From the NCBI RefSeq assembly GCF_006345805.1, contig NC_042997.1:16616001-16680000 (forward strand): a stretch of 64,000 nt of DNA, written 5' to 3'. The position numbers and the translations under genes were made by a program. The stretch comes from Octopus sinensis (Eukaryota). Position 1 is the first letter of the stretch. Every line of letters begins with the position of its first letter. Under the pieces are notes generated by a model, which worked only from the letters and a program-made list of their open reading frames with translations, was not told the DNA's origin and did not search any database. Positions 37,194-49,574 of the stretch are shown here, piece by piece.

Positions 37194-38797
37194 GTAAGTC
37201 TGCTATTATCCATCTAACTACTTCTATCTCTAAATCTCCCAAATGTATGATCATTTTTATTGTTAGAAATACCTGTACTAGTAAAGGAACATGATTAAGC
37301 TAAACTATTTATTAATTAATTGATGTCTCATCATCATTTTAATGCCCACTTTTCCATGCTTGTATGGGTTGGACAGATTATGCTGAGGTGGATGACCTTC
37401 CTGTTGCCACTCCCCCCTTGTTTCCAGGTAAGGTAACATCTCTATGACTAGACAGGGAAGATTGGAAAGAAGACACCACTTCCATGATGGCGACATTTGC
37501 TTACAACTGTCACATGATAGCAAGACAAAGAGTCAGTAACATACATATGTATTGTACAATGGGCTTCTTTCATTTCCATCTACTAAAACCATTCACAAGA
37601 CTGATTAACCTGGGGCTATAGTAATCCAAATATTTATGCCTCACCATCTTCATGGATTGTTTCATATTCCTCTGGGATCAAAGTGGTTGGACAGTGCAAC
37701 ATGAAGTAGTCTGGCTTATGGAGATACCTGCCATGTTGAATATAGATTCATATTCCCATTGATGTGGGTTAGCAACTGTTCTACTGTCTTGACTCCACCC
37801 TGTTACATATATCCACTGCTTTCTTGTTACACCATAGAAACTGAGCTGTTGTTCTGTGGTGGTTGCCACTGTTAGGAGGTTGCTCCTTCCATTCATCTCT
37901 CCAGACTTCCTAATGTTGAAGTTTTCTTTTACCAATTTACAAAAAAGTTTTCTTGACTTTTGTCTTGAGGTGATGGCTACAGTATTGTTATTTGTTTTAA
38001 GAGTGTAATAGCTCATCATGTTGTCATTGTGTGGTGGTTAAAGTAACTCAGTGGTTCTAACGTTAGTCAGCTAAGATTCAATCATGCTGAGCTGGTAGAA
38101 GATAAAGTGAGATAATTAAATCAGATGAAGTCGTCAAGTCTTACTTAATATCTCATACCTTGAAAGAATCATTGGTAACTTATTTAGAAAGAAGTGTGAA
38201 GTTCCGCTTGTGCTGATATAGTATGAAGGTGATCAATCAAATACTCAGAGATCATTTCTTAAGTTTTAGTTGTTTAGCTCCAAGTCGCTTCTGAACGTGT
38301 AGATCTTTGATCAAGGGTCTATCCGACTGTTGCCATCCTTTTTCCTTTCAATTTACATTATTCAGTGCCTTATTATCATTTTTTTTTTTTTTTTTTGAAG
38401 GATGGCAAGATGTTATCTCTTGCATTTTTAACGACAATTTACGTTCCTAGTTAGCACATCAAAGCTCCAATGGAACCACTAGTAGCACTATCGCGCGCAC
38501 ACGCAAACCACTCATTCAAGGGGAACAACTCTTTACTGACATTTTCTTTTTTTTTAAAAAAAAAACATTGAAATATTTGTATGGCTTGAGAGCAACATGG
38601 TTAACTATACTTTTAAGGATTTGGGAAATACTGCGAATGGTCAATGTCATCCGTTGGCTCATCTAGGAAGTAAAACTGCATTTCAAACAGCCAGCCAGCC
38701 ACCCAGTAAAGCTGTTTAGGTACAATAGGAGTGTTTGAAACTGTCGATATTTTTGCCATTTCATGATTAATTTTTGTAATTTCTCTTGCAATTTCAG

Positions 38798-38916
38798 TCA
38801 GATTACTGGAAAGTTGTTGAAGAAGCGTCATCACATGTTGTTGTCCAGTGTGGACATATTAACTCAGGGAACCAGGGAACATTCTTTCCTTGCAAGAAAG
38901 ATAGCCCATACACAAA
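38798..38916 (+). CDS. JARID2: JARID2 exon L (phase 0 to 2)
   Basis: tttcag|TCA GAT TAC TGG; SDYWKVVEEASSHVVVQCGHINSGNQGTFFPCKKDSPYT; donor AA|gtaag. Confidence 0.94.
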
Positions 38917-39119
38917 GTAAGTTTAATGATAATTATGGATTTGTTGAGTCAATGGTTGACCCATAGGGAGCTAATCTCAATGTTTTATGATATCCAGTTA
39001 AGTAGCTTAATGTTTGTTCTGTGTGACTGCTACTTGGACTTCAGCAAGTAAGTCACAATGCTTAGCTGTATTTCTTATGACTGTTTGGCTGGTGTAGCAG
39101 TATTTTCATTGACTATTAC

Positions 39120-39782
39120 AAGGATAAAGGAGAGGCTCTAGTAAGAGTAAGTTAAAGAGGTATCAAGTTGATGTCTAGGTTATGAAAGACATTGGAAGAG
39201 TCACAGCATAACTAATTAGGATGAGAATTAGCCTAGATAAAATGCAGTTTGGCTTGGTGCTGGGAAGAGGTACCTCTAATATTCTCTTGCTCGTAAAACA
39301 ACTGGAGGAGTTTTTAATGAGGCATATGCTGCTGTATCTAGCACTAATTGACTTATAAGGTCTTTGGAAAGGTTTCGTGTTCTTAATCTGATGGTCACTA
39401 ATCTATAGTCAGGTATGTGGAAATATGAACTAATAGGGGCCTCGTGGAGGAGGCAATGACCAAGACCTTTGGCATTATGTTGTGCTTGAGAAGAAGACCC
39501 ATCAAGCTGAGCAAAATCACAGTCATGCAGATACCAGTGTCAGACAAATTGACACCTGTGCAGGTGGCACATAAACGCAACCTGGTGTCATGTAAATGGC
39601 ACCTGTGCTGGTAGCACGTAAAAGCACCCATTACACTCTGAGTAGTTGACATTAGGAAGGACATCCAGCCATAGAAAACCATGCTAAATCAGACTGGAGT
39701 CTGGTGCAGCCTTCCAGTGTGCCAACCCAGTCAAATTGTCCAACCCATGCCAGCACGGACAACGGACGTTAAATGATAATGA
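39120..39782 (+). mobile_element. Old decayed RTE relic (RT fragment joined to 3' end)
   Basis: Degenerate match to the RGIKL..MQFG..LYLA region at about 39120-39400, then an ORF-end-like segment and the conserved 3' terminal sequence. Confidence 0.65.
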
Positions 39783-40555
39783 TTATATGTTATGAGTTCA
39801 AATATCATTGAGGTTGACTTTGCTTTTCATCCTTTTGTGGTAGGCGAAATAACTACCAGTTGAGCACTTGGGTTGATTGAACTGACTACTCCTCTCGCTT
39901 AGAATCGTTGGTCTTGTGCCAAACTTTGAAACCAATATTCTAATGCCATTAAATGTGTTCATGTTATACTTGTTATATTTTGGAGCATGATTTATATAAC
40001 TGAGTCTCTATCATCCTCATGACGTCCAGTCTTATTTTTCAAGCATTCTTTGTAGCTAAATATTTTCAATTAAATTAAGTTCATTTAGGAATTATCTTGG
40101 TGAATGAAAGAATAAGAATTCATAAGTCATATGTTCTCTTTAGCCATTGTGTTGATCTCTGTAAATATCTCACCTAGAAGTCAATGGCAGCAGGTTACAT
40201 TCCTAAAAGCCTGTGTGTGCTGGGATGTTGGTTTTAAACTGATGGAAAAGGGGATAGAGGAATATAGGATTATGTGCTAGTAAATAAGTAGCCTCTTGAA
40301 ATGCTATCAGGTCTCTCATTCCACCAAATGGGTATTTTTTACACTCTCAGAAACAGTGGCACTATTCAAGGAGTAGAGCAGTGTTGGAAGTAACATCCTC
40401 ACTTAAGATCTGGTGTGAATGCTTACAAAAGAGTAACTTCCACTAAAAGCACTCTGAATCTAAGTGGCAGTGTTAAAGTGGCTGATATGTTAGACCTACA
40501 TCCCAACTTAGATTTAGTTAGTTTTATATGAATTGTTGTTGATGATGATGATGGT

Positions 40556-40593
<38 letters not shown>

Positions 40594-40934
40594 CTTTCAT
40601 GTCCTTTATGTTATATTTATTATATATCCTTTGTATAAATTGTTCATATATTGAAAACTGTTATGTCACTTGTCAGTTATCTAGATACATACGAATGTAT
40701 AATAGTTTGGTAGGTGCTATTTTTAATGAAAAGAATACTTTTCTACTCAAGCCTGCTGCTTATTGTTGTTATTGGCCATATTGACTATCACTCTAAATTT
40801 AAACAGACGTGGTTAAGCAATTTTATTTAACTGATTTCTGGAATGTAAAAAGAATGGCTCCATTGATTTTGATGTCAATAATATATAATAGTTTCTATTT
40901 ACTTAACTGTAGCTGTTTGTATTGTATATTTTAG

Positions 40935-41005
40935 ACATGGCTGGAACTTCAATGTATTATCTCAAAATCCTTTATCAGTATTAAGACATTTGGGACCAAT
41001 ACCTG
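40935..41005 (+). CDS. JARID2: JARID2 exon M (phase 2 to 1), JmjC start
   Basis: ttttag|A CAT GGC TGG AAC; HGWNFNVLSQNPLSVLRHLGPIP; donor G|gtaag. Confidence 0.95.
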
Positions 41006-42288
41006 GTAAGTAGTGACATTCATTTTACTATTTATGTTTATGTTTGTTTTCCAGTTTCAGCTCTTGAGCTGTGGCCATGCTGGGGCACCGCCATTGTAAA
41101 TCTTTGTATTTTAAATAATTTCATTTATTACATAATAAATGAACAAAAGTATTTGTGTAGATAAACAATATCATGTGATGCCATTTTGTTTTCAAATCTT
41201 TTAATTCTTATTAAAAAAATGAAAAATGGTATATTTTTACAATTAACTTAATACACTTGAATTGAGAATTCTGAAAAAGTTATTCTCACTCTTAACAATA
41301 CAGCAAATCATTGTTTAACCAACAAAATCACTTTCTCAGATTAAATATCACCAAGGTTATTGTTTCTGAATGCATGTTATTAAAAAGATGCTGAAGCATT
41401 TTCATAATTTTCAAACCTTATTTTCTTTAAATGCATTCAATGCTTAATGGAAACCAACAAGAGAATCTGTGTACTTTGTTCCCTTGCTGAATGTTAATAG
41501 CAAAAACTTGTTCATCACCCTTCTGGTTACTAAAAGGAAGGGCATATAAGATAATGTAGCCCTGTGTACTCTATGCCTGATAAAAGACAACATAATGGTC
41601 ACAGGTGGAACCATCTATTATCTTTTGCTTGTTTCATTCATTGAATGCTGACCATACTGGGGCACCATTTTAAAAGGTGTGGTCAAACAAATTGGTACTT
41701 ATTCTGTTGGTTTCTTAACCATTAAGCTATGAGGTCACAAACAAACTCTGGTTGTCAAGTTGTAGTATGGTGGGTGGGGGAAGCATACAGACAGACACAC
41801 ACACTTATATATATGATGGGCTTCCAGGCAGATTCTGCTTACCAAATTCTACTATTGTTTGGGGGCTATTGTAGAAGATACTTGCCCAGGTGCCATTCTG
41901 TGGGATTGAACCCAAAACCATGTGGTTGCAGAATGAGCTTCTTAATTACACAACCATGCCGACACTGGTTGCAAATAAGTGCTGTTAGGTCTGATTAGTT
42001 GTTAAACAACAGGTTGCATAATTGTAAAGTATGAACTGAAATTGCTTGTTACATTTTAATATTTGAGTGCCTATGCAAATTCTGATGGCACTGATACTAT
42101 TGCCAAACTGTCATTTGTGTTTAATGTTAAAGTAAAACTAACTACAATACCTAAATAGCTATTATTTAGAGCAGTGGTTCCCAACCAGTTTTTGCCCATG
42201 GACCTTTTTGAGTCCTATTTTATTCTACTTGACCCTACAGGCATTCACTGTTTAAAAAAATCTCATATTTTTATAGTTAAGTATTATT

Positions 42289-42690
42289 CACCATCCGAGC
42301 ATGATCATTGCCAGAGCAGCTAACTGGCTTCCGTGCCGGTGGCACATAAAAAGCACCATTCGAGCGTGATTGTTACCAGCGTCGCCTTACTGGCACATGA
42401 AAAAACATTTGAGCAAAGTTGTTGCCAGTGTCGCTGAACTGGCTCCTGGTGGCACGTAAAAAACACCATTTGAGCGTGGCCATTGCCAGTGCCGCCTGAC
42501 TGGCCCTCGTGCTGGTGGCATGTAAAAGCAACTACTACACTCGGAGTGGTTGGCATTAGGAAGGGCATCCAGCTGTAGAAACTCTGCCAGATCAGATTGG
42601 AGCTTGATGCAGCCATCTGGTTTGCCAGTCCTCAGTCAAATCGTCCAACCCATGCTAGCATGGAAAGCGGACATTAAACGATGATGATAA
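42289..42690 (+). mobile_element. RTE 3'-end fragment (variant subfamily)
   Basis: Same terminal segment ending ggacattaaacgatgatgat. Confidence 0.85.
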
Positions 42691-43089
42691 TAACCAATTT
42701 ATTGCACAAATTCTAACTACAATATCTTATATGGACCCCTAAGGGTCCTATGGACTCTGGTCAAGAACCACTGATTTAGAATATCGACTTTTATCTCAAA
42801 TTCAGTAAATTTAACAGAATTGTTTGATTATTTAGAAATATTAGTAGAATTTCAAAAGTTGCTTTGTACCACAGTTAATCCTATTCTTTGAGAACTACTG
42901 TTAATCATACTATTCCCCATATTTTACACTTTTCTCTCATTTGAATTGAATAATGAACAAATGAAATAATAAACTACATTTGTTAAATGTTCCCAGATTG
43001 ATGAGGGTTTAATAGCGATTACTTTATTTTAATCTTAGTCTCATAGATGATAGGGTTATAGATTTGAATGGATGTCTTGCAAACAACTT

Positions 43090-43620
43090 GCACATGCAAG
43101 TGCTACCAGTCAAGAACTCCGCATACTGGAAGCCAGCAAATGTACGGGGTCATCAGGAGAGAATGCGCGCCGTTTCGGAGCCTATCTCTTGACGGCATCA
43201 GTGCGCACCAGCCCCACTTGCTAGATCAACTGGTTATCAAATAAAGCTCAATATTCTTCTAGCCATCACTCATCGTCTCTTTTTAACCAAACCCAGTGGC
43301 TAGCCTTCTCCACTGTAATTTGGATATCGGTCATGGTGGTATTGACTTTACAATGAGTTAGGCCTAATGATGCAGATGAAATATTTGGTAGTAACATTCA
43401 ACTGCTGACTCTAGCTTTATTGTTACTGTTGTTTAGCCCCAAGTCAGTCTTAATTAAGCAGGAATATCAAAGCTGTTTCAGCTGTGACCAAATTGTCCTT
43501 TTAAAAGCATCTACAACTGCCTTATCTAGTCTGCTCCTCTCCTTTTTTAATATGGTAGGATGTGATATTAGGGATTTGGCTATTTCTAGCAGGTCATGTT
43601 GAAACTTCTTCATTGGCCCA
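43090..43620 (-). mobile_element. Possible relic of an R2-superfamily/HERO-like non-LTR element 3' end
   Basis: Minus frame SLGLTHCKVNTTMTDIQITVEKASHWVWLKRDDE*W resembles the AEKASxWxWxKR C-terminal motif; GC-richer trailer follows. Confidence 0.4.
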
Positions 43621-43675
43621 ACATTCTCAGTTCTGATCTGTAATCAAACTGTACGGAATATCATGCAAAGTGTAG

Positions 43676-43676
<1 letters not shown>

Positions 43677-43749
<73 letters not shown>

Positions 43750-43766
43750 CGCGTGCGTGCGTGTAC
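43677..43766. repeat. (TG)n/(TGCG)n microsatellite. Other simple repeats: 111-128, 27631-27682, 31230-31265, 33086-33140, 40559-40591, 61430-61515
   Basis: Direct inspection. Confidence 0.95.
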
Positions 43767-43974
43767 ATGTGTACTGTAACAAATACAATATGAATCTGTA
43801 TTTGTCCGTCTGGTGATTATACTGGTAATGGCCAAAGAGAATATGAGCTAGCCAACATTGCTCATTCTTAGAATTTATCATAAATTTTATGAATTCCACT
43901 GAGAATATAACCAAAAGGTTAGCTATTAATGTATGTAATTATTCTTTATTAAAAAAAGTATTTTCTTTTTTTAG

Positions 43975-44089
43975 GTGTTACACTGCCTGTGCTCCATATT
44001 GGAATGTTATTCACAACTTCATGCTGGTCAACCAGCAGACACAGCTTGCCCTACATCCATTATTTACATACTGGGGCTGATCTCATTTG
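43975..44089 (+). CDS. JARID2: JARID2 exon N (phase 1 to 2), JmjC
   Basis: [39 protein letters not shown]; tttag| and TG|gtaag. Confidence 0.96.
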
Positions 44090-45494
44090 GTAAGTAACAA
44101 GGATTTCTAATATTTCTTTGTAATAATAGGTGCAGGCATGGCTGTGTTGTTAAGAAGTTTGCTTTGCAACGACATGGCTTGTGATTCAATCCTCTGCATC
44201 AGCAAATTCCTTCAGCTATAGCCTTAGGTTGACCAATGCCATGTGAATGAAATTTAGTAGATGGAAACTGTATAGAAGTTCTGTGTGTGTATGTGTTTGC
44301 CTCCTTGTATCTTCACATTAGCGCCTTGGCTGATGGTGGGATTTAATATGACCCGCATAAACAATATCTCTAGTAGCTCAGGAGTTTTATCATGTGAAGA
44401 CCAAGGGAATAATGTACCTTACTTGAAAACACATAAGGTTTGGTTTCAGACAAGACCTCTGGCTATAAATACAACCTAAAGAAGTTTTGGTCAACGGATT
44501 GTCAGTGTTGAAAAATGAACATAGAAGCAATGATTGTGGAGTTTGTGCCGCCATTGTTGGCTGTTTATTTTCTCTGTTTCTCACAACTGAGCTAAGAAAA
44601 CAGCTTTTACATTTGGTATTAATATCTGTGTGTACAAACATGGAAATCAAAAATATTTTAAACATATATTGTACCTGAGACAGAAACTAATTTTTTCTTG
44701 CAGTCATGTACATTAGTGATTGATTTCTGTCTTTTATCAATGGTTGGTTTTGAGCAACCAGTTTATTAAAAAGACACTTGTTTTGGTAAATATTTATAAT
44801 TGGAAACTTGTTCAACTCATAAATATAAAAGACATGGTCTGTCTGGATAAATGAGTTTATAATATTAAAATGTTAGGTTGTATATATTTTTCTTGTCATT
44901 CACAATTTTACAAGCTTGTAATTGGTTATATCATAGTTTAAGACTTCTCAAATACTTGAAGTGGAACTAGAACCCAATCTCTATGTAATATAATTGTGTG
45001 CATGTAGTAGGGTGGTGGTGCAGAATAATAATAATAAGTTGCTGTTTCTCCCCTGCCCCCATGTTTTGCTATGGCTAATGGTTAGGGTGTTGCACTCATA
45101 ATCATCAGATCACAGTTTCGATACTTGGACTGGGCAGTGAAACACTTATATTTAGCATTGATCAAGTTCATTCAGCTGTGAATGAGCTCTAGCAAATAAC
45201 TAGCAAGTTAAACCCAGTGATGAGCTGGCATCCCATTCAAGAAATAGTGTTGTGATCTGTCTTTTTTTATGCCATGGAAGCCAGATTAAGCTCTGGACTT
45301 ATGACTTCTAGGACTCACAACAGATCTAAGTCAAAATACTCACGCCACTGAGAGAACTATTGAATTACTTCTTAGAAAATTTAGTCCTTACTAATTATAT
45401 CTTTAAAAATTTCATCAAGACCCAACACATGTACACACACATCTTGGATTTTTAGTGTGCATTTTAATCTAATCTAATCTTATCCCATTAACAG

Positions 45495-45603
45495 GTATTC
45501 CATTCCAAAGCAACTGAAGCAGAATCTAAAAGCAGCAATCAAAGAACTTGTTCCAGGTCATGTGTGGGATGATGATGGCTGGTTCAAAGAAGATTTTATT
45601 ATG
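45495..45603 (+). CDS. JARID2: JARID2 exon O (phase 2 to 0), JmjC
   Basis: aacag|G TAT TCC ATT CCA; YSIPKQLKQNLKAAIKELVPGHVWDDDGWFKEDFIM; donor ATG|gtatat. Confidence 0.9.
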
Positions 45604-45698
45604 GTATATTTTCATTATGCATTTGCTTACCATTATCATAAAAGAAATCATCATTACCATCATTATTGTTGTTGCCATCATTATAATTATCTTCTTTG

Positions 45699-46068
45699 GA
45701 GGCATAATGGCCCAGTGGTTAGGGCAGCGGACTCGCGGTTTCGATTCCCAGACCGGGCGTTGTGAGTGTTTATTGAGCGAAAACACCTAAAGCTCCACGA
45801 GGCTCCGGCAGGGGATGGTGGTGATCCCTGCTGTACTCTTTCACCACAACTTTCTCTCACTCTTACTTCCTGTTTCTGTTGTACCTGTATTTCAAAGGGC
45901 CGGCCTTGTCACTCTCTGTGTCACGCTGAATATCCCTGAGAACTACGTTAAGGGTACACGTGTCTGTGGAGTGCTCAGCCACTTACATGTTAATTTCACG
46001 AGCAGGCTGTTCCATTGATCGGATCAACCGGAACCCTTGTCGTCGTAACCGACAGAGTGCTTCCATCC
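45699..46068 (+). mobile_element. Young tRNA-derived SINE
   Basis: A-box-like tggcccagtggttagggc and B-box-like ttcgattcc; head shared with the 30605-30910 copy; the 3' part recurs near 47100-47310. Confidence 0.85.
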
Positions 46069-46388
46069 ATAATTATCTTCATCATAATCCATCATTACCA
46101 TCCAACAGTTTCATTGGTAAATATTTGTTTAGCCCAAGGCCAACTCTGATTGAGTAGAGCTTTGTAGTATCTCTACCTTGATCATGCAGTCTTTTATCAG
46201 ACATAGTGTATCTAGGACTACATTATCCATTATTTTAAAGCAATAAACTGTAATTGGAAAGAGATTTGTTTGCTGTTCTGATTGGTGTGACATTTGCTTG
46301 AACGACACTTCTCTTCCAGCCAAATCTGTTCCATCTATTTGCATAACAGGGATTACATAATCCAATGTATCCTTCCTTGTTTTAAGAT

Positions 46389-46790
46389 ACTTCAGCCCAT
46401 TACTCACCATGTAGCATAAGCCATTGACAACTTTGCTCCTCTGTTCTTGATCCTGGGCTCTTTTCAGCTTCTCTCCAGTCAGATTCCTACATTTGTGAGC
46501 CCACCTCAGTATCCTGCTTGTTTCTCTGAGGGAAAAGGCCTTCTCTCAGATCTTGTTGTTTTTGGAATGTCATCAATGCTTCTGTAACTTTGATGTTTTG
46601 TAGGTAGGGATGTTGGCCCTACACAGATTCATTTTTACTTCTGAGAAGTGGTGTTCCATATTAGTCTGGCCTCTAACCTTTGATCTGTCTAGCATGAGAG
46701 GCCTTAACCAGAGGCTTGTACTCCACTGGTAAAGCTCTCGGGGTCAGTGAAACACACAAACCACCACACTGCAATAAGGACTGGAACCTG
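46389..46790 (-). mobile_element. Possible bipartite non-autonomous RTE relic (5' UTR-like part fused to ORF-end-like part)
   Basis: Minus strand resembles an RTE-type 5' UTR followed directly by ...EKLKRAQDQEQRSKVVNGLC..., similar to RTE C-termini. Recognition is from memory only. Confidence 0.42.
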
Positions 46791-47573
46791 TGATAGTTTT
46801 AAGATGCTAGTGCTAAGTTTGAGGCAGATTTGGCTGCTATTTCTAGCAGGCTAACTGTGCAGTGACTTTGTTGAAACATATCTCTAGAACAGAATAGCTA
46901 GCAGTCAATTGTAAGTTTGGGAGGAATCTTACTATTTCAAGCTTACAGGGACACTAGTACATTGTTTACAGTATTTGGTTGTACAGCCTTGTAGTGTTTA
47001 TTTGCAGCAGAGTGAAGGCGCATGGCTAAGTGGTTAGGGTGTTCAGGTCATGAATTTCATTCCCAGTGGTGCCTTGCATCCTTCAGCAAGGCACTTTATT
47101 TTACGTTGCTCCAGTCCACTCAGCTGACAAAAAGAAGTTGTACCTGTAATTCAAAGGACCAGCTTTGTCACATAGTGTGCCACGCTGGATCTCCTTAAGA
47201 AATATGTTAAGGGTGTGTGTGTCTGTGGAGTGCTCAGCCACTTGCACATTAATTTCACAAGCAGGTTGTTTCATTGAGTGGATCAACTGGAACCCTTGTC
47301 ATCATAACCATGCAAGTTATTTGCAGTATTTTCAGCAGAAGTTTTGTGGTGAATTGAGTGCTTTTGCTAAATTCATTGTCATGAAAAAATATGTGCTAGC
47401 ATTTTTAAAAAATACCATTTAATATATATTTACACAGTTATTGGATAAAATAAATTACATTGCAGGAATTATATCAAATTCCAGTAATTAATTTTTTAAT
47501 GATAAATATTTTTATCTTCAGTTTCACTTTCAATAAATTTATTTACTTATGTTTTTATTTATTTTTCTTTCAG

Positions 47574-47756
47574 ATGAATCCTGAACTGTTGGTTAAAAAA
47601 GGAGTATCTGTTGGCCGAATTGTTCAGAAACAGCACCAGTTTGTAGTTGTATTCCCATTTACTTATACGGCATCTTTAAACTGTGGCTTCAGTATCTCAG
47701 AATCATTGCCATATGCCACTCCAGATTGGCTTCCACTTGGACAAGCTATTGCTCAG
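47574..47756 (+). CDS. JARID2: JARID2 exon P (phase 0 to 0), JmjC end
   Basis: MNPELLVKKGVSVGRIVQKQHQFVVVFPFTYTASLNCGFSISESLPYATPDW; tttcag| and CAG|gtagct. Confidence 0.95.
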
Positions 47757-48213
47757 GTAGCTAACACAGCATTTACTTTCTTCAGTCTATGTCTTTTAAT
47801 TTTTAGCACTTTAAAACCTATTCACAACTGTTTAGAGATATATTATTTATGTGGGTGCATGCACACACACATCATCATTAAACGTCTGTTGTCCATGCTG
47901 GCATGGGTTGGATGGGTTGATCAGGGCTGGCAAGTTGGAAGGTTGCATCAGAGTCCAATCTGATTTGGCATGGTTTCTACGGCTGGATGCCCTTCCTAAT
48001 GCCAACCACTGAGAGTTTAATGGGTGTTTTTGTAGGAGTTGTAAAGTATATTAAAATAGTGCAAACATTATCTGATATAGAACCCAGTACATTGGGTAGA
48101 ATGGATAGATATTTTTATTTTATTTTATTATATATATATATATATAAAAAATTTTTGCGTAATGAGATAAAAAACCAAGGCTGTGTAGATATTAGAACAT
48201 TTATAGATAGAAG

Positions 48214-48264
48214 GTCTTACAGCTGTTTCCAGGATATTTATTAATTATATCCCTTCATTGGAGA
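48214..48264 (-). ncRNA. Degenerate minimal hammerhead motif (Penelope-type)
   Basis: Minus strand UCU-CCAAUGA-AGGGAUAU-(9 nt)-AUAUCCUG-GAAAC-AGCU-GU-A-AGA; the core position equivalent to G5 is A. Confidence 0.58.
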
Positions 48265-48857
48265 AGGTGTGAGAGGATGATTAAGTCATTAGTTAGTTTA
48301 GATGTGATACAAAATAGAGAGAGAGAGGTGGAAGAAAGAAAATAGATGCAAAATATGTATGGATATTGAAGTTGTAAATCCATTTTTTAGACAGAATGGT
48401 ATATATGTAATATTCCAATACCCTATGAGTAAAGTCTAAAAGAGTTTATAATGGGTCCTTCCAAATATATAGTTTATACACAATGTAAGATTCCCTTATA
48501 TATATACAGTTGCAGGAGTAGCTCTGTGGTAAGAAGATTGCTTCCTAACCACATGGTTCTGGGTTCAATCCCACTTCATGGCACCTTGGGCAAGTTTCTG
48601 CTACTATAGCCTTGGGACAACCAAAGCCTTGTGAGTGAATTTGGTAGGCGAAAACTGAAAGAAGCCTGTCGTGTATATATATATATGTGTGTGTGTGCAT
48701 GCGTGCATGTAATTTTGTGTCTGTTTGTCCCCCCACCATCAACTGACAACTGATGTTAGTGTCTTTATGTCCCCATAACCTAGTAGTTTGGCAAAAGAAA
48801 CCAACAGAAAGATTACTAGGCTTACAATCATGTTAATTGAAATTTCTTCTATTCTAG

Positions 48858-48988
48858 GTTTTGCGCAAGAATTGTTTATGGCCAGAGATGTTTTCTTTGG
48901 ATTCTTTGCTCCGACATATGGTGAAAACTGAGCCTGCTGTCTCTGAGGAATTGTTAATGCAAGCCATTCCATTTTTAATAAAAGCCAT
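48858..48988 (+). CDS. JARID2: JARID2 exon Q (phase 0 to 2)
   Basis: ttctag|GTT TTG CGC; VLRKNCLWPEMFSLDSLLRHMVK...; donor AT|gtaag. Confidence 0.9.
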
Positions 48989-49294
48989 GTAAGTATCAAT
49001 AATGACAACTTAACTCTCACTGTCAGTTCATGAATGCGGTTTATACCTTTTGTATGTATGTGTAGTGGACTGTTGGGTTTTAACCTTAAAAATATCAAAG
49101 TCTAAATTTGCGTAACATTCAATGACTTAGTTTTAAAAATCTCAAATAAAATAGAAAGTTTGAAATAATATATAAGCTATCTTTTTAATGAGCTATGAAG
49201 ATATTTATTGCCACCATCACCACTACAAGTCACTTTTATCATGTTGGCATGGATTGGGTGTATCTTTACTAGCACAGCATCTTGCTACTTATTA

Positions 49295-49574
49295 CATCAT
49301 CATCATCGTTTAACGTCCGCTTTCCATGCTAGCATGGGTTGGACGGTTCAACTGGGGTCTGGGGAGTCCGAAGGCTGCACCAGGCCAGTCAGATCTGGCA
49401 GTGTTTCTACAGCTGGATGCCCTTCCTAACGCCAACCACTCCGAGAGTGTAGTGGGTGATTTTATGTGCCACCGACACAGGTGCCAGACGAGGCTGGCGA
49501 ACGGCCACGCTCGGATGGTGTTTTTTATGTGCCACCGACACAGGTGCCAGACGAGGCTGGCGGACGGCCACGCT
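49295..49574 (-). mobile_element. RTE 3'-end fragment
   Basis: Near-identical to 29488-29815. Confidence 0.9.

Noticed and set aside
37678-38019. 113-aa minus-strand ORF
   Set aside because: No recognisable domain or splice context. It may be a decayed transposon, but I cannot support that.
43135-43190. Permuted (type II) hammerhead from CCGAAAC...CUGAUGA on the minus strand
   Set aside because: Stem II would close with C-C, and stems I and III do not pair.
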